Sequence record: SRR31156797_8471
DNA length: 43,700 nt
Direction: 5' to 3' (one strand)
In this document: piece by piece, positions 22,918-31,916 of the stretch
Layout: every line of letters begins with the position of its first letter
Position numbering within the stretch: the first letter of the stretch is position 1
Notes under the pieces: generated by a model
What the model was told of the DNA's origin: nothing
What the model saw: the letters and a program-made list of their open reading frames with translations, nothing else
Databases searched by the model: none
Program-made: the position numbers and the translations under genes

Positions 22918-23018
22918 ATGACACTGCTTGCTAGATGCATGGACAAAACCGCCACAACACAAATTTTGTGCTTACGCTAATAAAAAGCCATTTAGTTTAA
23001 TAAATGACCAATATCACA
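22918..23018 (-). promoter_or_regulatory. araB promoter: tandem AraC half-sites and CRP site
   Basis: Minus-strand TGGCGGTTTTGTCCAT (22939-22954) and TAGCAAGCAGTGTCAT (22918-22933) are 21 bp apart like araI1/I2; TGTGA-TATTGG-TCATT at 23003-23018; -10 TATAAA near 22890-22895. Confidence 0.72.
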
Positions 23019-23100
23019 CTAAAACTGGCTGAGAAAACGTTTTCTCTCGCACCATCTTTTATCACATATGCACCAAATCACTGCAATTGAGATCCGCATC

Positions 23101-23164
23101 ATGTTCACCCGCGCTAAATAAATGGACAAAATCGCTACAAATTATTCATGTGATTTCGGTCACT
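23101..23164 (+). promoter_or_regulatory. araF promoter: tandem AraC half-sites and CRP site
   Basis: ATGTTCACCCGCGCTA (23101-23116) and ATGGACAAAATCGCTA (23122-23137) with 21-bp period, then TGTGA-TTTCGG-TCACT (23149-23164). Confidence 0.75.
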
Positions 23165-23229
23165 TCAACTTTTATTGAAATCTTCAAAGATGTGATTGAA
23201 ACAAACCCTACCCAGCGGATGGAATAACA

Positions 23230-24228
23230 ATGAAACTAAAAAAACTATTAGTAGCAACTGCCTTAACAGGGGCAACATTATTAAGCGCTTCTGCCAATGC
23301 TTTCTTTGGCTCAGACGATGAGCTACGACTAGGTTACCTAGTTAAGCAACCTGAAGAACCATGGTTCCAAACTGAATGGTCATTTGCGGAAAAAGCCGGT
23401 AAAGATCTTGGCTTTGAAGTGGTAAAAATGGCGATTCCTGATGGCGAAAAAACACTTAACGCTATCGATACCCTAGCGGCACAAGGCGCGAAAGGTTTCG
23501 TTATCTGTACTCCGGACCCTAAATTAGGTCCAGCAATCATGGCTAAAGCAAAAAGCTATGATTTGAAAGTCGTTACCGTTGATGACCAGTTCCTTAACGC
23601 TAAAGGCGAACCAATGACTAACGTACCTCTAGTAATGATGGCGGCAACAGCTATCGGTGAACGCCAAGGTACTGAGCTATACAAAGAGATGCAAAAACGT
23701 GGTTGGAACGCAGCATCAACAGGTGTTATGGCAATCACTGCTGATGAGCTAGATACAGCACGTCGTCGTGTTGACGGTTCTATCTCTGCACTTAAAGCGG
23801 CTGGTTTCCCTGCTGACCAAATCTATCGCGTACCAACCAAAACTAACGATATCCCTGGTGCATTAGACGCTGCGAACTCTCTACTTGTTCAATACCCAGA
23901 TGTTAAACAATGGCTGGTTGTGGGTATGAACGACAACACTGTTCTTGGTGGTATCCGCGCAACTGAAGGTCAAGGCTTTGGCGCTGACAACATCATCGGT
24001 ATCGGTATCAACGGTGTTGATGCGGTTAACGAACTAGCGAAATCTAAAGCAACTGGTTTCTACGGCTCTCTACTTCCTAGCCCAGATGTACACGGTTACA
24101 AGAGTATCGAATCTCTTTACAAGTGGGTTAAAGAAGACGTTGAACCAACTAAATTCGTAGAAGTGACTGACGTAGTTCTTATCACTCGTGACAACTTCAA
24201 AGACGAACTAGCGAAAAAAGGGCTATAA
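23230..24228 (+). CDS. araF: L-arabinose ABC transporter substrate-binding protein
   Basis: LVKQPEEPWFQTEW, GFVICTPDPKLG, VDD, GMNDNTVLG. Confidence 0.97.
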   Translation: MKLKKLLVATALTGATLLSASANAFFGSDDELRLGYLVKQPEEPWFQTEWSFAEKAGKDLGFEVVKMAIPDGEKTLNAIDTLAAQGAKGFVICTPDPKLGPAIMAKAKSYDLKVVTVDDQFLNAKGEPMTNVPLVMMAATAIGERQGTELYKEMQKRGWNAASTGVMAITADELDTARRRVDGSISALKAAGFPADQIYRVPTKTNDIPGALDAANSLLVQYPDVKQWLVVGMNDNTVLGGIRATEGQGFGADNIIGIGINGVDAVNELAKSKATGFYGSLLPSPDVHGYKSIESLYKWVKEDVEPTKFVEVTDVVLITRDNFKDELAKKGL

Positions 24229-24287
24229 GCTCACTTTAGGTGACGGCCGGGTTGGCCGTCACCAACTGATTTAACGGAGAGAATGTC

Positions 24288-25805
24288 ATGGCGAAGTCCC
24301 CCTCATACATCGAGTTTCGAAATATCTCGAAGCACTTCCCAGGTGTTAAGGCATTAAATAACGTTAGCTTCCGAGCAGACGCGGGCAGTGTCCACGCTCT
24401 AATGGGAGAAAACGGTGCAGGAAAATCAACGCTACTCAAAACTTTAAGTGGCTTTCACCAACCTACTGAAGGTCATATTGCAATTGACGGTCAAGAGGTC
24501 GCTCTGAACTCAACTAACGATGCCCTCGATCACGGTATCGCGATTATCTATCAAGAGCTAAACCTAGTTCCCGAATTAACCGTTGCTGAAAACATTTTTC
24601 TAGGTCAGCTACCTACCAAAGGTGGCACTGTTGATACCGAAACACTAAACGCAAACGCAAGAGTTGCCCTAGAGCGACTCGGTGAAACTTTTGACCCGTC
24701 TTGCCAGCTTAAAGAGCTATCTATCGGTCAATGGCAGATGGTGGAAATCGCCAAAGCTTTAAGCCGTAATGCACAAATCATTGCCTTTGATGAGCCAACC
24801 AGTAGCTTGTCACAGCGTGAAATTCAAAACCTTTTCAAGGTTATCCGTGAACTGCGTGACGCGGGCAAAGTCATCATGTATGTATCACACCGTATGGAAG
24901 AAATTTTTAACCTATGTGATGCACTAACTATCTTCAAAGATGGCCAACACGTTCAATCTTTTACCGACCTTTCCGAGCTGACTAACGACCGTTTAGTTGA
25001 ACTGATGGTTGGCCGTGAAATTGCTGATATCTACAACTACCGATCACGTGAACTCGGTAAGAGTGGTTTGCGTTTAGAAAACTTTGAAGGCCCAGGACTA
25101 ACCGCACCAGTATCAATGGATATTAAGCAAGGTGAAGTACTTGGTCTGTTTGGTCTGGTTGGTGCAGGTCGTACCGAACTGACTCGCCTGATTTTCGGTG
25201 CTGACAAAAAGACAGCCGGTGACCTTTACCTACACGATGTAAAAATCGGTATTAAAGATCCTATCGATGCCATTCGTGCCGGAATAACCCTTTGTTCAGA
25301 AGACCGCAAAGCTGACGGTATCGTGCCAATCATGTCCGTTCAGGAAAACACCAACATCAGTGCCCGTCCATGGAACCTGAAGTTCAAGAGCTTAATTAAC
25401 TTTGATTGGGAAAAGAAAAACGCGGCTAAACAAAAAGAAGCGCTGAATGTAAAAGCGTCTTCTCTTGAGCAGCCAATCGGCAAATTGTCCGGTGGTAACC
25501 AACAAAAAGTCATCCTTGGTCGTTGGCTATCCACCGCTATGAGCGTGATTCTATTGGATGAGCCTACTCGTGGTATCGATGTGGGTGCGAAATCTGAAAT
25601 TTACGAACTGATTTTTAAGCTGGCCGAAAACGGAGTAACGGTACTCGTCGTATCCAGCGATTTACCAGAAGTGTTAGGTATCTCTGACCGCGTTCTTGTC
25701 ATGAAAGACGGTGCGGTAACAGGTGAACTTGAACGCGATGAATTTAATGAACAAACCGCACTTCGTCTAGCCATGCTAGATAAAGAAGATTCGGCAGCAG
25801 CTTAA
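24288..25805 (+). CDS. araG: L-arabinose ABC transporter ATP-binding protein
   Basis: Tandem ABC domains GENGAGKST, FDEPTSSL, LSGGNQQK, LDEPTRGIDVGAK; follows araF. Confidence 0.96.
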   Translation: MAKSPSYIEFRNISKHFPGVKALNNVSFRADAGSVHALMGENGAGKSTLLKTLSGFHQPTEGHIAIDGQEVALNSTNDALDHGIAIIYQELNLVPELTVAENIFLGQLPTKGGTVDTETLNANARVALERLGETFDPSCQLKELSIGQWQMVEIAKALSRNAQIIAFDEPTSSLSQREIQNLFKVIRELRDAGKVIMYVSHRMEEIFNLCDALTIFKDGQHVQSFTDLSELTNDRLVELMVGREIADIYNYRSRELGKSGLRLENFEGPGLTAPVSMDIKQGEVLGLFGLVGAGRTELTRLIFGADKKTAGDLYLHDVKIGIKDPIDAIRAGITLCSEDRKADGIVPIMSVQENTNISARPWNLKFKSLINFDWEKKNAAKQKEALNVKASSLEQPIGKLSGGNQQKVILGRWLSTAMSVILLDEPTRGIDVGAKSEIYELIFKLAENGVTVLVVSSDLPEVLGISDRVLVMKDGAVTGELERDEFNEQTALRLAMLDKEDSAAA

Positions 25806-25822
25806 AATTAAGGAATATCATT

Positions 25823-26809
25823 ATGACTACTTCTAGCCCTACAAAAGCTCTAGAGTCAGAACCGAAAACTGGCGGCTTCAGCTTCGGTAAAATCTGGGAT
25901 AAATTTGGAATGCTAATGGTGTTTGCAGGTCTGTTTATACTCTGCTGCCTGTTCGTTCCCTACTTTGCCACCTTCATCAACATGAAAGGCTTGGGCCTAG
26001 CAATCTCAATGAGTGGTATGGTGGCATGTGCCATGCTGTTCTGTCTTGCTTGTGGCGACCTTGACCTCTCTGTTGCGTCTGTCATCGCCTGTTCTGGTGT
26101 TGTAACGGCTGTCGCTATCAACGCAACCAGCAGCGTAGTTCTGGGTGTGGGCGCAGGTCTGCTTTCTGGTGTGCTATTTGGTCTATTAAACGGCTTTGTT
26201 ATTGCGAAACTGCAAATCAACGCACTGATCACAACACTCGCAACCATGCAGATTGCACGTGGTCTTGGTTACATTATTTCTGACGGTAAAGCGGTTGGTA
26301 TCACAGAGGAAAGCTTCTTTGCTCTGGGTAACTCTTCTTTCATCGGTATCCCAACACCAATTTGGCTGACAATCATTACATTCGCGGTATTCACTTTCTT
26401 ACTAAACCGTACCGTTTATGGCCGCAATACATTGGCGATTGGTGGTAATGAAGAAGCTGCACGTCTGGCCGGTGTGAACGTGGTTAAGACTAAGATGATG
26501 ATCTACACCATCTCTGGTTTCATGGCGGCACTCGCGGGTGTTATTTTGGCGGCACGTATGACTTCAGGTCAGCCAATGACTTCTGTTGGTTTCGAACTGG
26601 TTGTTATCTCTGCTTGTGTACTGGGTGGTGTATCGCTAAAAGGTGGTATCGGTAAAGTCTCTTACGTTATCGCCGGTGTATTAATTCTGGGTACGGTAGA
26701 AAACGCGATGAACCTATTGAATATGTCTCCGTTCGCTCAATACGTTGTTCGTGGTTTAATTCTACTAGCCGCTGTTATTTTTGACCGCTACAAACAGAAA
26801 TCACAATAA
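25823..26809 (+). CDS. araH: L-arabinose ABC transporter permease
   Basis: DLSV, INALITTLATM, GGNEEAARLAG, SGQP, CVLGGVSL. Confidence 0.96.
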   Translation: MTTSSPTKALESEPKTGGFSFGKIWDKFGMLMVFAGLFILCCLFVPYFATFINMKGLGLAISMSGMVACAMLFCLACGDLDLSVASVIACSGVVTAVAINATSSVVLGVGAGLLSGVLFGLLNGFVIAKLQINALITTLATMQIARGLGYIISDGKAVGITEESFFALGNSSFIGIPTPIWLTIITFAVFTFLLNRTVYGRNTLAIGGNEEAARLAGVNVVKTKMMIYTISGFMAALAGVILAARMTSGQPMTSVGFELVVISACVLGGVSLKGGIGKVSYVIAGVLILGTVENAMNLLNMSPFAQYVVRGLILLAAVIFDRYKQKSQ

Positions 26810-26833
26810 TCAATTAATTAAGTATTAATTATC

Positions 26834-26860
26834 AAGCCTCCTTATTTAGGAGGCTTTTTT
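26834..26860 (+). terminator. Intrinsic terminator after araH
   Basis: AAGCCTCCT-TATTT-AGGAGGCTT followed by a T-run. Confidence 0.85.
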
Positions 26861-26927
26861 ATTTTTGGTGTGAAATAAAAACAAAAAACATAAAAATAAA
26901 TACCCTTATACTTAAGAACTATATTTT

Positions 26928-26992
26928 AAGGAATATGTTGCTAATAAAATGGATTATTTAGCTACTAAAAACTTTATGTGATTAATATCTAA
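26928..26992 (+). promoter_or_regulatory. ytfQ promoter: tandem AraC-like half-sites and CRP-like site
   Basis: AAGGAATATGTTGCTA (26928-26943) and ATGGATTATTTAGCTA (26949-26964) with 21-bp period, then TGTGA-TTAATA-TCTAA (26977-26992); same layout as the araF promoter. Confidence 0.62.
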
Positions 26993-27101
26993 CCAATAAA
27001 CCCTTCATCTGCCTACTATTTAATCGCTCATCAGCTATACCAATAAATTTTTAAATAATGAGCAACGTGAAACTAAGGTTAAACAAGATAGGGATTTAAT
27101 C

Positions 27102-28061
27102 ATGTTAAAAAAACTTACTTTAGCAACCGCTGTCAGTACTCTATTAATGTCTGGTTCATTAATGGCTGCCTCACTTACTGTAGGATTTTCACAGATAGGA
27201 TCTGAGTCAGGCTGGCGTGCAGCAGAAACCGCTGTTTCAAAAGTGGAAGCAGAAAAACGCGGTGTAAATCTTAAGATTTCTGACGCACAACAGAAGCAAG
27301 AAAACCAAATAAAAGCTGTACGTTCGTTTATCGCTCAAGGGGTTGATGCCATCTTCATCGCACCGGTTGTTCAAACCGGTTGGGGTCCTGTTTTGGAGGA
27401 AGCTAAGGATTATGATATCCCTGTATTCCTGCTAGACCGTGGTATTTCAGTGGAAGATGACTCGCTTTACATGACAGCGGTAACGGCTGATAACGTTCTC
27501 GAAGGTGCCGTCGCTGGTAAATGGCTAATCGACGAAGTTAAAGGCAAAAATTGTAATGTGGTAGAACTACAAGGTACGGTTGGTGCGAGTGTGGCCATTG
27601 ACCGTAAGAAAGGCTTTAGCGATGCGGTAGATAAAGTCGATAACATTCAAATTGTACGTACCCAATCCGGTGAGTTTACCCGCAGTAAAGGTAAAGAAGT
27701 TATGGAAAGCTTTATTAAAGCGGAAAGTAACGGAAAAGATATCTGTGCGGTATTCGCTCATAACGACGATATGGCAATTGGTGCCATTCAGGCAATTAAA
27801 GAAGCAGGCTTGAAACCGGGCAGCGATATTTTAATTGTTTCCATTGATGCAGTTCCTGATATTTTCAAAGCGATGATGGATGGTGATGCGAACGCAACAG
27901 TTGAACTCACTCCAAATATGGCTGGGCCAGCACTAGATGCACTTATCGCATATAAAGATAAAGGTGTAACTCCACCGAAGAAAATTGTGACCAAATCTAA
28001 TTTGTATTTGCCGAATGACGCAAAAGAACAGTTAGAAATGAAAAAAGACTTAGGTTACTAA
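27102..28061 (+). CDS. ytfQ: Galactofuranose/arabinofuranose-type ABC transporter substrate-binding protein
   Basis: LTVGFSQIGSESGWRAAET, DAQQKQENQIKAVRSFIAQGVDAIFIAPVV, AHNDDMA. Confidence 0.92.
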   Translation: MLKKLTLATAVSTLLMSGSLMAASLTVGFSQIGSESGWRAAETAVSKVEAEKRGVNLKISDAQQKQENQIKAVRSFIAQGVDAIFIAPVVQTGWGPVLEEAKDYDIPVFLLDRGISVEDDSLYMTAVTADNVLEGAVAGKWLIDEVKGKNCNVVELQGTVGASVAIDRKKGFSDAVDKVDNIQIVRTQSGEFTRSKGKEVMESFIKAESNGKDICAVFAHNDDMAIGAIQAIKEAGLKPGSDILIVSIDAVPDIFKAMMDGDANATVELTPNMAGPALDALIAYKDKGVTPPKKIVTKSNLYLPNDAKEQLEMKKDLGY

Positions 28062-28184
28062 TTTTATATTAATGGTCCTCCCAAACTTGTTTTCACAATA
28101 GTTTGGGAGGCATTTTACCCTAGGGTTTGGTCGTTGTTGGTAATAGTTGGCAGCGTCAAGTTTCCGGGTATATTTGGAGTTGTT

Positions 28185-29687
28185 ATGTCGACCAGCGAAC
28201 AAGATGTAGTGCTGAATGCCACAGGAATATGCAAATATTTCCCCGGTGTAAAAGCGCTAGAAAATGTCGATTTCTGCCTGAAGAAAGGTGAAATCATGGC
28301 GCTTCTCGGTGAAAACGGCGCAGGGAAATCAACACTGGTTAAAGCCTTAACGGGTGTTTATCAACGCGATGGCGGGGATATCTACCTAGAAGGTCAACCA
28401 ATCTCCCCACAAAATACCGCGCACGCGCAAGATCTAGGAATAGGTACGGTTTATCAGGAAGTAAACCTATTACCGAACATGTCTGTGATGGATAACCTCT
28501 TCATTGGCAATGAACCCAAAAAATGGGGATTTGTAGACAGAAAACTCATGGCAGAGAAAGCCAGAGATATTGTGCTCGGCTACGGCTTAGATATCGATGT
28601 CACAGAGCCTCTAAATCACTTTTCTGTCGCTATTCAGCAAGTGATTGCTATCGCCAGAGCAATATCCCTTTCCGCTAAAATTCTTATTCTCGACGAGCCA
28701 ACAGCCAGCTTAGATGGTAACGAAGTCAAAATGCTGTTTGGCATCATGAATAACCTCAAACAGAAAGGCGTGAGCTTAGTTTTTATCACCCACTTCCTCG
28801 ATCAGGTATATGAAGTGAGTGACCGCATTACCGTTTTGCGTAATGGACAACTGGTCGGCACCCGCGAAACCAGAGAGTTACCACAAATCGAACTGGTAAA
28901 AATGATGCTCGGTCGTGAGCTGGAAGATTCAGCTTTAAAACGTGCTGGTAAAACCCAAAAACATAACGAGCCAATGGTTGAGTTCGAGAACTATGGCAAA
29001 AAAGGCACCATTGACCCCTTTGATCTTGAAGTTCACGCTGGTGAAATCGTTGGCTTAGCGGGTTTATTAGGCTCTGGGCGTACTGAAACCGCTCAGGTTA
29101 TCTTTGGTATTGAGCCAAGCGATTCAGGTAGTTGTTCTCTCAAAGGTAAACCAATTCAGGTTCGCTCAGCTCGTCAGGCTTCACACCTCGGTTTCGGTTA
29201 CTGTCCGGAAGACCGTAAAACGGATGGCATCATAGGCGCAGCGTCAGTCAGAGAGAACATTATCCTTGCTCTTCAAGCACAACGAGGATGGTTCAGGCCT
29301 CTTTCAAGAAAAGAACAGGAAGCGGTATCTCAACGCTATGTTGAACAGCTCGCGATTAAAACGCCAAGCATAGAACAACCGATTGAGTTCTTATCTGGCG
29401 GTAATCAGCAAAAAGTATTGCTTGCCCGCTGGCTACTGACCAAACCGAAATTCCTGATACTTGATGAACCGACTCGAGGTATCGACGTTGGGGCTCACGC
29501 AGAGATCATTCGTTTAATCGAAAGCTTATGTGCAAACGGATTAGCGCTACTGGTTATTTCTTCCGAACTGGAAGAGCTGGTGGGTTATGCAGACCGCGTG
29601 ATTGTCCTGCGAGATCGAAAATCCGTTGCTGAAATTCCAACGGAAGAACTCTCTGTGCCTGCCATCATGCAAGCCATCGCGATGTGA
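28185..29687 (+). CDS. ytfR: Sugar ABC transporter ATP-binding protein
   Basis: Tandem ABC domains GENGAGKST, FITHFLDQVY, GLLGSGRTE, LSGGNQQK; start at MSTSEQ behind GGAG. Confidence 0.9.
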   Translation: MSTSEQDVVLNATGICKYFPGVKALENVDFCLKKGEIMALLGENGAGKSTLVKALTGVYQRDGGDIYLEGQPISPQNTAHAQDLGIGTVYQEVNLLPNMSVMDNLFIGNEPKKWGFVDRKLMAEKARDIVLGYGLDIDVTEPLNHFSVAIQQVIAIARAISLSAKILILDEPTASLDGNEVKMLFGIMNNLKQKGVSLVFITHFLDQVYEVSDRITVLRNGQLVGTRETRELPQIELVKMMLGRELEDSALKRAGKTQKHNEPMVEFENYGKKGTIDPFDLEVHAGEIVGLAGLLGSGRTETAQVIFGIEPSDSGSCSLKGKPIQVRSARQASHLGFGYCPEDRKTDGIIGAASVRENIILALQAQRGWFRPLSRKEQEAVSQRYVEQLAIKTPSIEQPIEFLSGGNQQKVLLARWLLTKPKFLILDEPTRGIDVGAHAEIIRLIESLCANGLALLVISSELEELVGYADRVIVLRDRKSVAEIPTEELSVPAIMQAIAM

Positions 29688-29694
29688 GGTGACT

Positions 29695-30723
29695 ATGAAT
29701 ACGCTCAATCCACTTTCCTCAGTGAAGAAAGACACCATGAACAATCCTCATCAGAGGAAGTTTTCGTTGCCTAAGGGGACACCGCAGTTTGCAGCTTTGA
29801 TTTTACTGTTCTTAGTCAACAGTATGATTGCGGATAACTTTTTCTCTATTCACATTCAGGATGACCGCCTATTCGGCAGTGTCATCGATATTTTTAATCG
29901 TGGTGCGCCAGTTGCCCTGCTGACGATTGGTATGACTTTGGTGATTGCCACTGGTGGTATCGACCTTTCTGTCGGTGCTGTCATGGCCATTAGTGGTGCT
30001 GTCCTGGCCAGTATGGCTGAGCAAGGCTACGCCCCAGCCACCATTTTGCTTTGTGCAGTATTATCAGGTGTCGCATGTGGACTCTGGAACGGATTCCTTG
30101 TCGCCATCTGTAAAATACAGCCCATCGTTGCCACGCTTATTTTAATGGTCGCAGGCCGTGGTGTGGCTCAGTTAATTACCGAAGGGCAAATCATCACCTT
30201 CAATAACGATACGCTGTCCTGGTTTGGTAGTGGCACATTGTTCTATTTCCCTACCCCAATCCTTATTCTGGTTTGTGCGCTAATCATTGTTTGGGCACTG
30301 ACTAAGAAAACCGCATTGGGGCTCTTTATTGAATCTGTCGGTATTAATATCAAAGCCGCCAAAAACGCCGGGATTAATACCCCTGCTATCGTGATGTCAG
30401 TGTATGTCATTAGCGGTGTGATGGCTGCTCTTGCGGGGATTATCATCGCGGCAGACATAAAAGGTGCAGATGCGAATAACGCTGGTCTTTGGCTGGAAAT
30501 GGATGCCATTTTAGCGGTGGTGATCGGTGGCACGTCTCTGATGGGTGGCCGCTTTAACCTGATTCTGGCGCTAGTGGGTGCTTTCATCATTCAGAGCATT
30601 AACACGGGTATTCTGCTTTCAGGTTACCAACCACAGTGGAACCACATCGTGAAATCTCTGGTGGTTTTGACTGTCCTTATCCTGCAATCACCCGCTGTGA
30701 TTCAACTACTGAAGAGGAAATAA
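29695..30723 (+). CDS. ytfT: Sugar ABC transporter permease
   Basis: GGIDLSVGAV, IQPIVATLILMVAGRG, ADANNAGLWLEMDAI; start at 29695 behind GAGG. Confidence 0.9.
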   Translation: MNTLNPLSSVKKDTMNNPHQRKFSLPKGTPQFAALILLFLVNSMIADNFFSIHIQDDRLFGSVIDIFNRGAPVALLTIGMTLVIATGGIDLSVGAVMAISGAVLASMAEQGYAPATILLCAVLSGVACGLWNGFLVAICKIQPIVATLILMVAGRGVAQLITEGQIITFNNDTLSWFGSGTLFYFPTPILILVCALIIVWALTKKTALGLFIESVGINIKAAKNAGINTPAIVMSVYVISGVMAALAGIIIAADIKGADANNAGLWLEMDAILAVVIGGTSLMGGRFNLILALVGAFIIQSINTGILLSGYQPQWNHIVKSLVVLTVLILQSPAVIQLLKRK

Positions 30724-30727
30724 CAGT

Positions 30728-31732
30728 ATGCTTAAACGTAACCTTCCTCTATTCATCACCATCATCGTCTTCTTAGTCGGTTATGCGTTTTGCATGGTAG
30801 AGTTTCCAGCGTTCCTGACAACCCGAGTTATCTGTAACATTCTGACAGATAATGCGTTTTTAGGTATTCTCGCCGTAGGGATGACCTTCGTTATACTCTC
30901 GGGAGGTATCGATTTATCCGTAGGTTCTGTAGTAGCGTTCACCGGTATTTTCTTAGCGACCATTATCGGTGAATGGGGTGTTCATCCATTAACGGCGATT
31001 ATCATGGTGTTAATCATGGGTTCGTTGTTTGGTGGGCTAATGGGTTGGATTATCGATACCCTGAAAATCCCAGCTTTCATCGTTACTCTGGCTGGTATGT
31101 TCTTTCTGCGCGGTGTGAGCTTTTTAATCTCCGAGCAGTCCATCCCAATTGAGCATCCGTTATACCGCGAGATGTCCAGATTCTCCTGGCATATCGTTGG
31201 TGGCGGTCGTTTGAGTCTGTTGGCTGTCATCATGCTGTTCATTGTGGTGGTGGGTATGTTGGTCGCGCACCGTACCCGCTTTGGTAACAATGTCTACGCC
31301 ATCGGCGGTAACGCAACTTCAGCTGGCTTGATGGGGGTTCCGGTAAAACGCACCACCATTGGTATCTACATGCTTTCAACCTTCCTAGCAACGTGCGCTG
31401 GCGTGGTGTTCTCTATCTACACCTCTGCTGGTTACCCGCTTGCTGCAGTGGGTGTAGAGCTGGATGCTATCGCGGCTGTGGTTATCGGCGGTACGCTACT
31501 TTCCGGTGGTGTGGGAACTGTGTTTGGTTCGCTGTTTGGGGTACTGATTCAGGGCTTAATTCAAACCTACATTACCTTTGATGGCACATTGAGTTCATGG
31601 TGGACCAAGATTATCGTCGGTATCTTATTGTTCAGCTTTATCGCTCTACAACGCTTGTTGATTGTGATGAGTGAACGACGCAAGGTGGTGAATACCAGCA
31701 GAATAGGTTCACTGGCAACCAATAAAACTTAG
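30728..31732 (+). CDS. yjfF: Sugar ABC transporter permease
   Basis: MLKRNLPL, LTDNAFLGI, GGIDLSVGSV, FDGTLSSWWTKI. Confidence 0.9.
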   Translation: MLKRNLPLFITIIVFLVGYAFCMVEFPAFLTTRVICNILTDNAFLGILAVGMTFVILSGGIDLSVGSVVAFTGIFLATIIGEWGVHPLTAIIMVLIMGSLFGGLMGWIIDTLKIPAFIVTLAGMFFLRGVSFLISEQSIPIEHPLYREMSRFSWHIVGGGRLSLLAVIMLFIVVVGMLVAHRTRFGNNVYAIGGNATSAGLMGVPVKRTTIGIYMLSTFLATCAGVVFSIYTSAGYPLAAVGVELDAIAAVVIGGTLLSGGVGTVFGSLFGVLIQGLIQTYITFDGTLSSWWTKIIVGILLFSFIALQRLLIVMSERRKVVNTSRIGSLATNKT

Positions 31733-31752
31733 CCCTTAACCTATTGATAAAC

Positions 31753-31779
31753 AAAAGCCAGTCCTACGACTGGCTTTTT
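31753..31779. terminator. Bidirectional terminator between yjfF and cti
   Basis: AAAAGCCAGTC-CTAC-GACTGGCTTTT. Confidence 0.85.
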
Positions 31780-31796
31780 ATTTTGAACACGCATGA

Positions 31797-31890
31797 AAAT
31801 GGACAGGCTTCCACAAACCGCTCAAGACTTCCGTGTTCGCTTAAACTAGGGCATCCCTGCCCTAGTATGTTTGTTCCAGTCTATCCATTT
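31797..31890. repeat. Nested inverted-repeat element (REP/MITE-like or structured RNA)
   Basis: Outer stem AAATGGACAGGCT/AGTCTATCCATTT, ACAAAC/GTTTGT, inner perfect hairpin ACTAGGGCA-TCCC-TGCCCTAGT (31845-31866). Confidence 0.5.
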
Positions 31891-31916
31891 CCTCAGCTAG
31901 CATCAGTGGGTTTATC

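Noticed and set aside
24239-24263. GC-rich hairpin after araF (a similar one follows ytfQ at 28077-28110)
   Set aside because: Ordinary mRNA-stabilising stem after a binding-protein gene; not novel.
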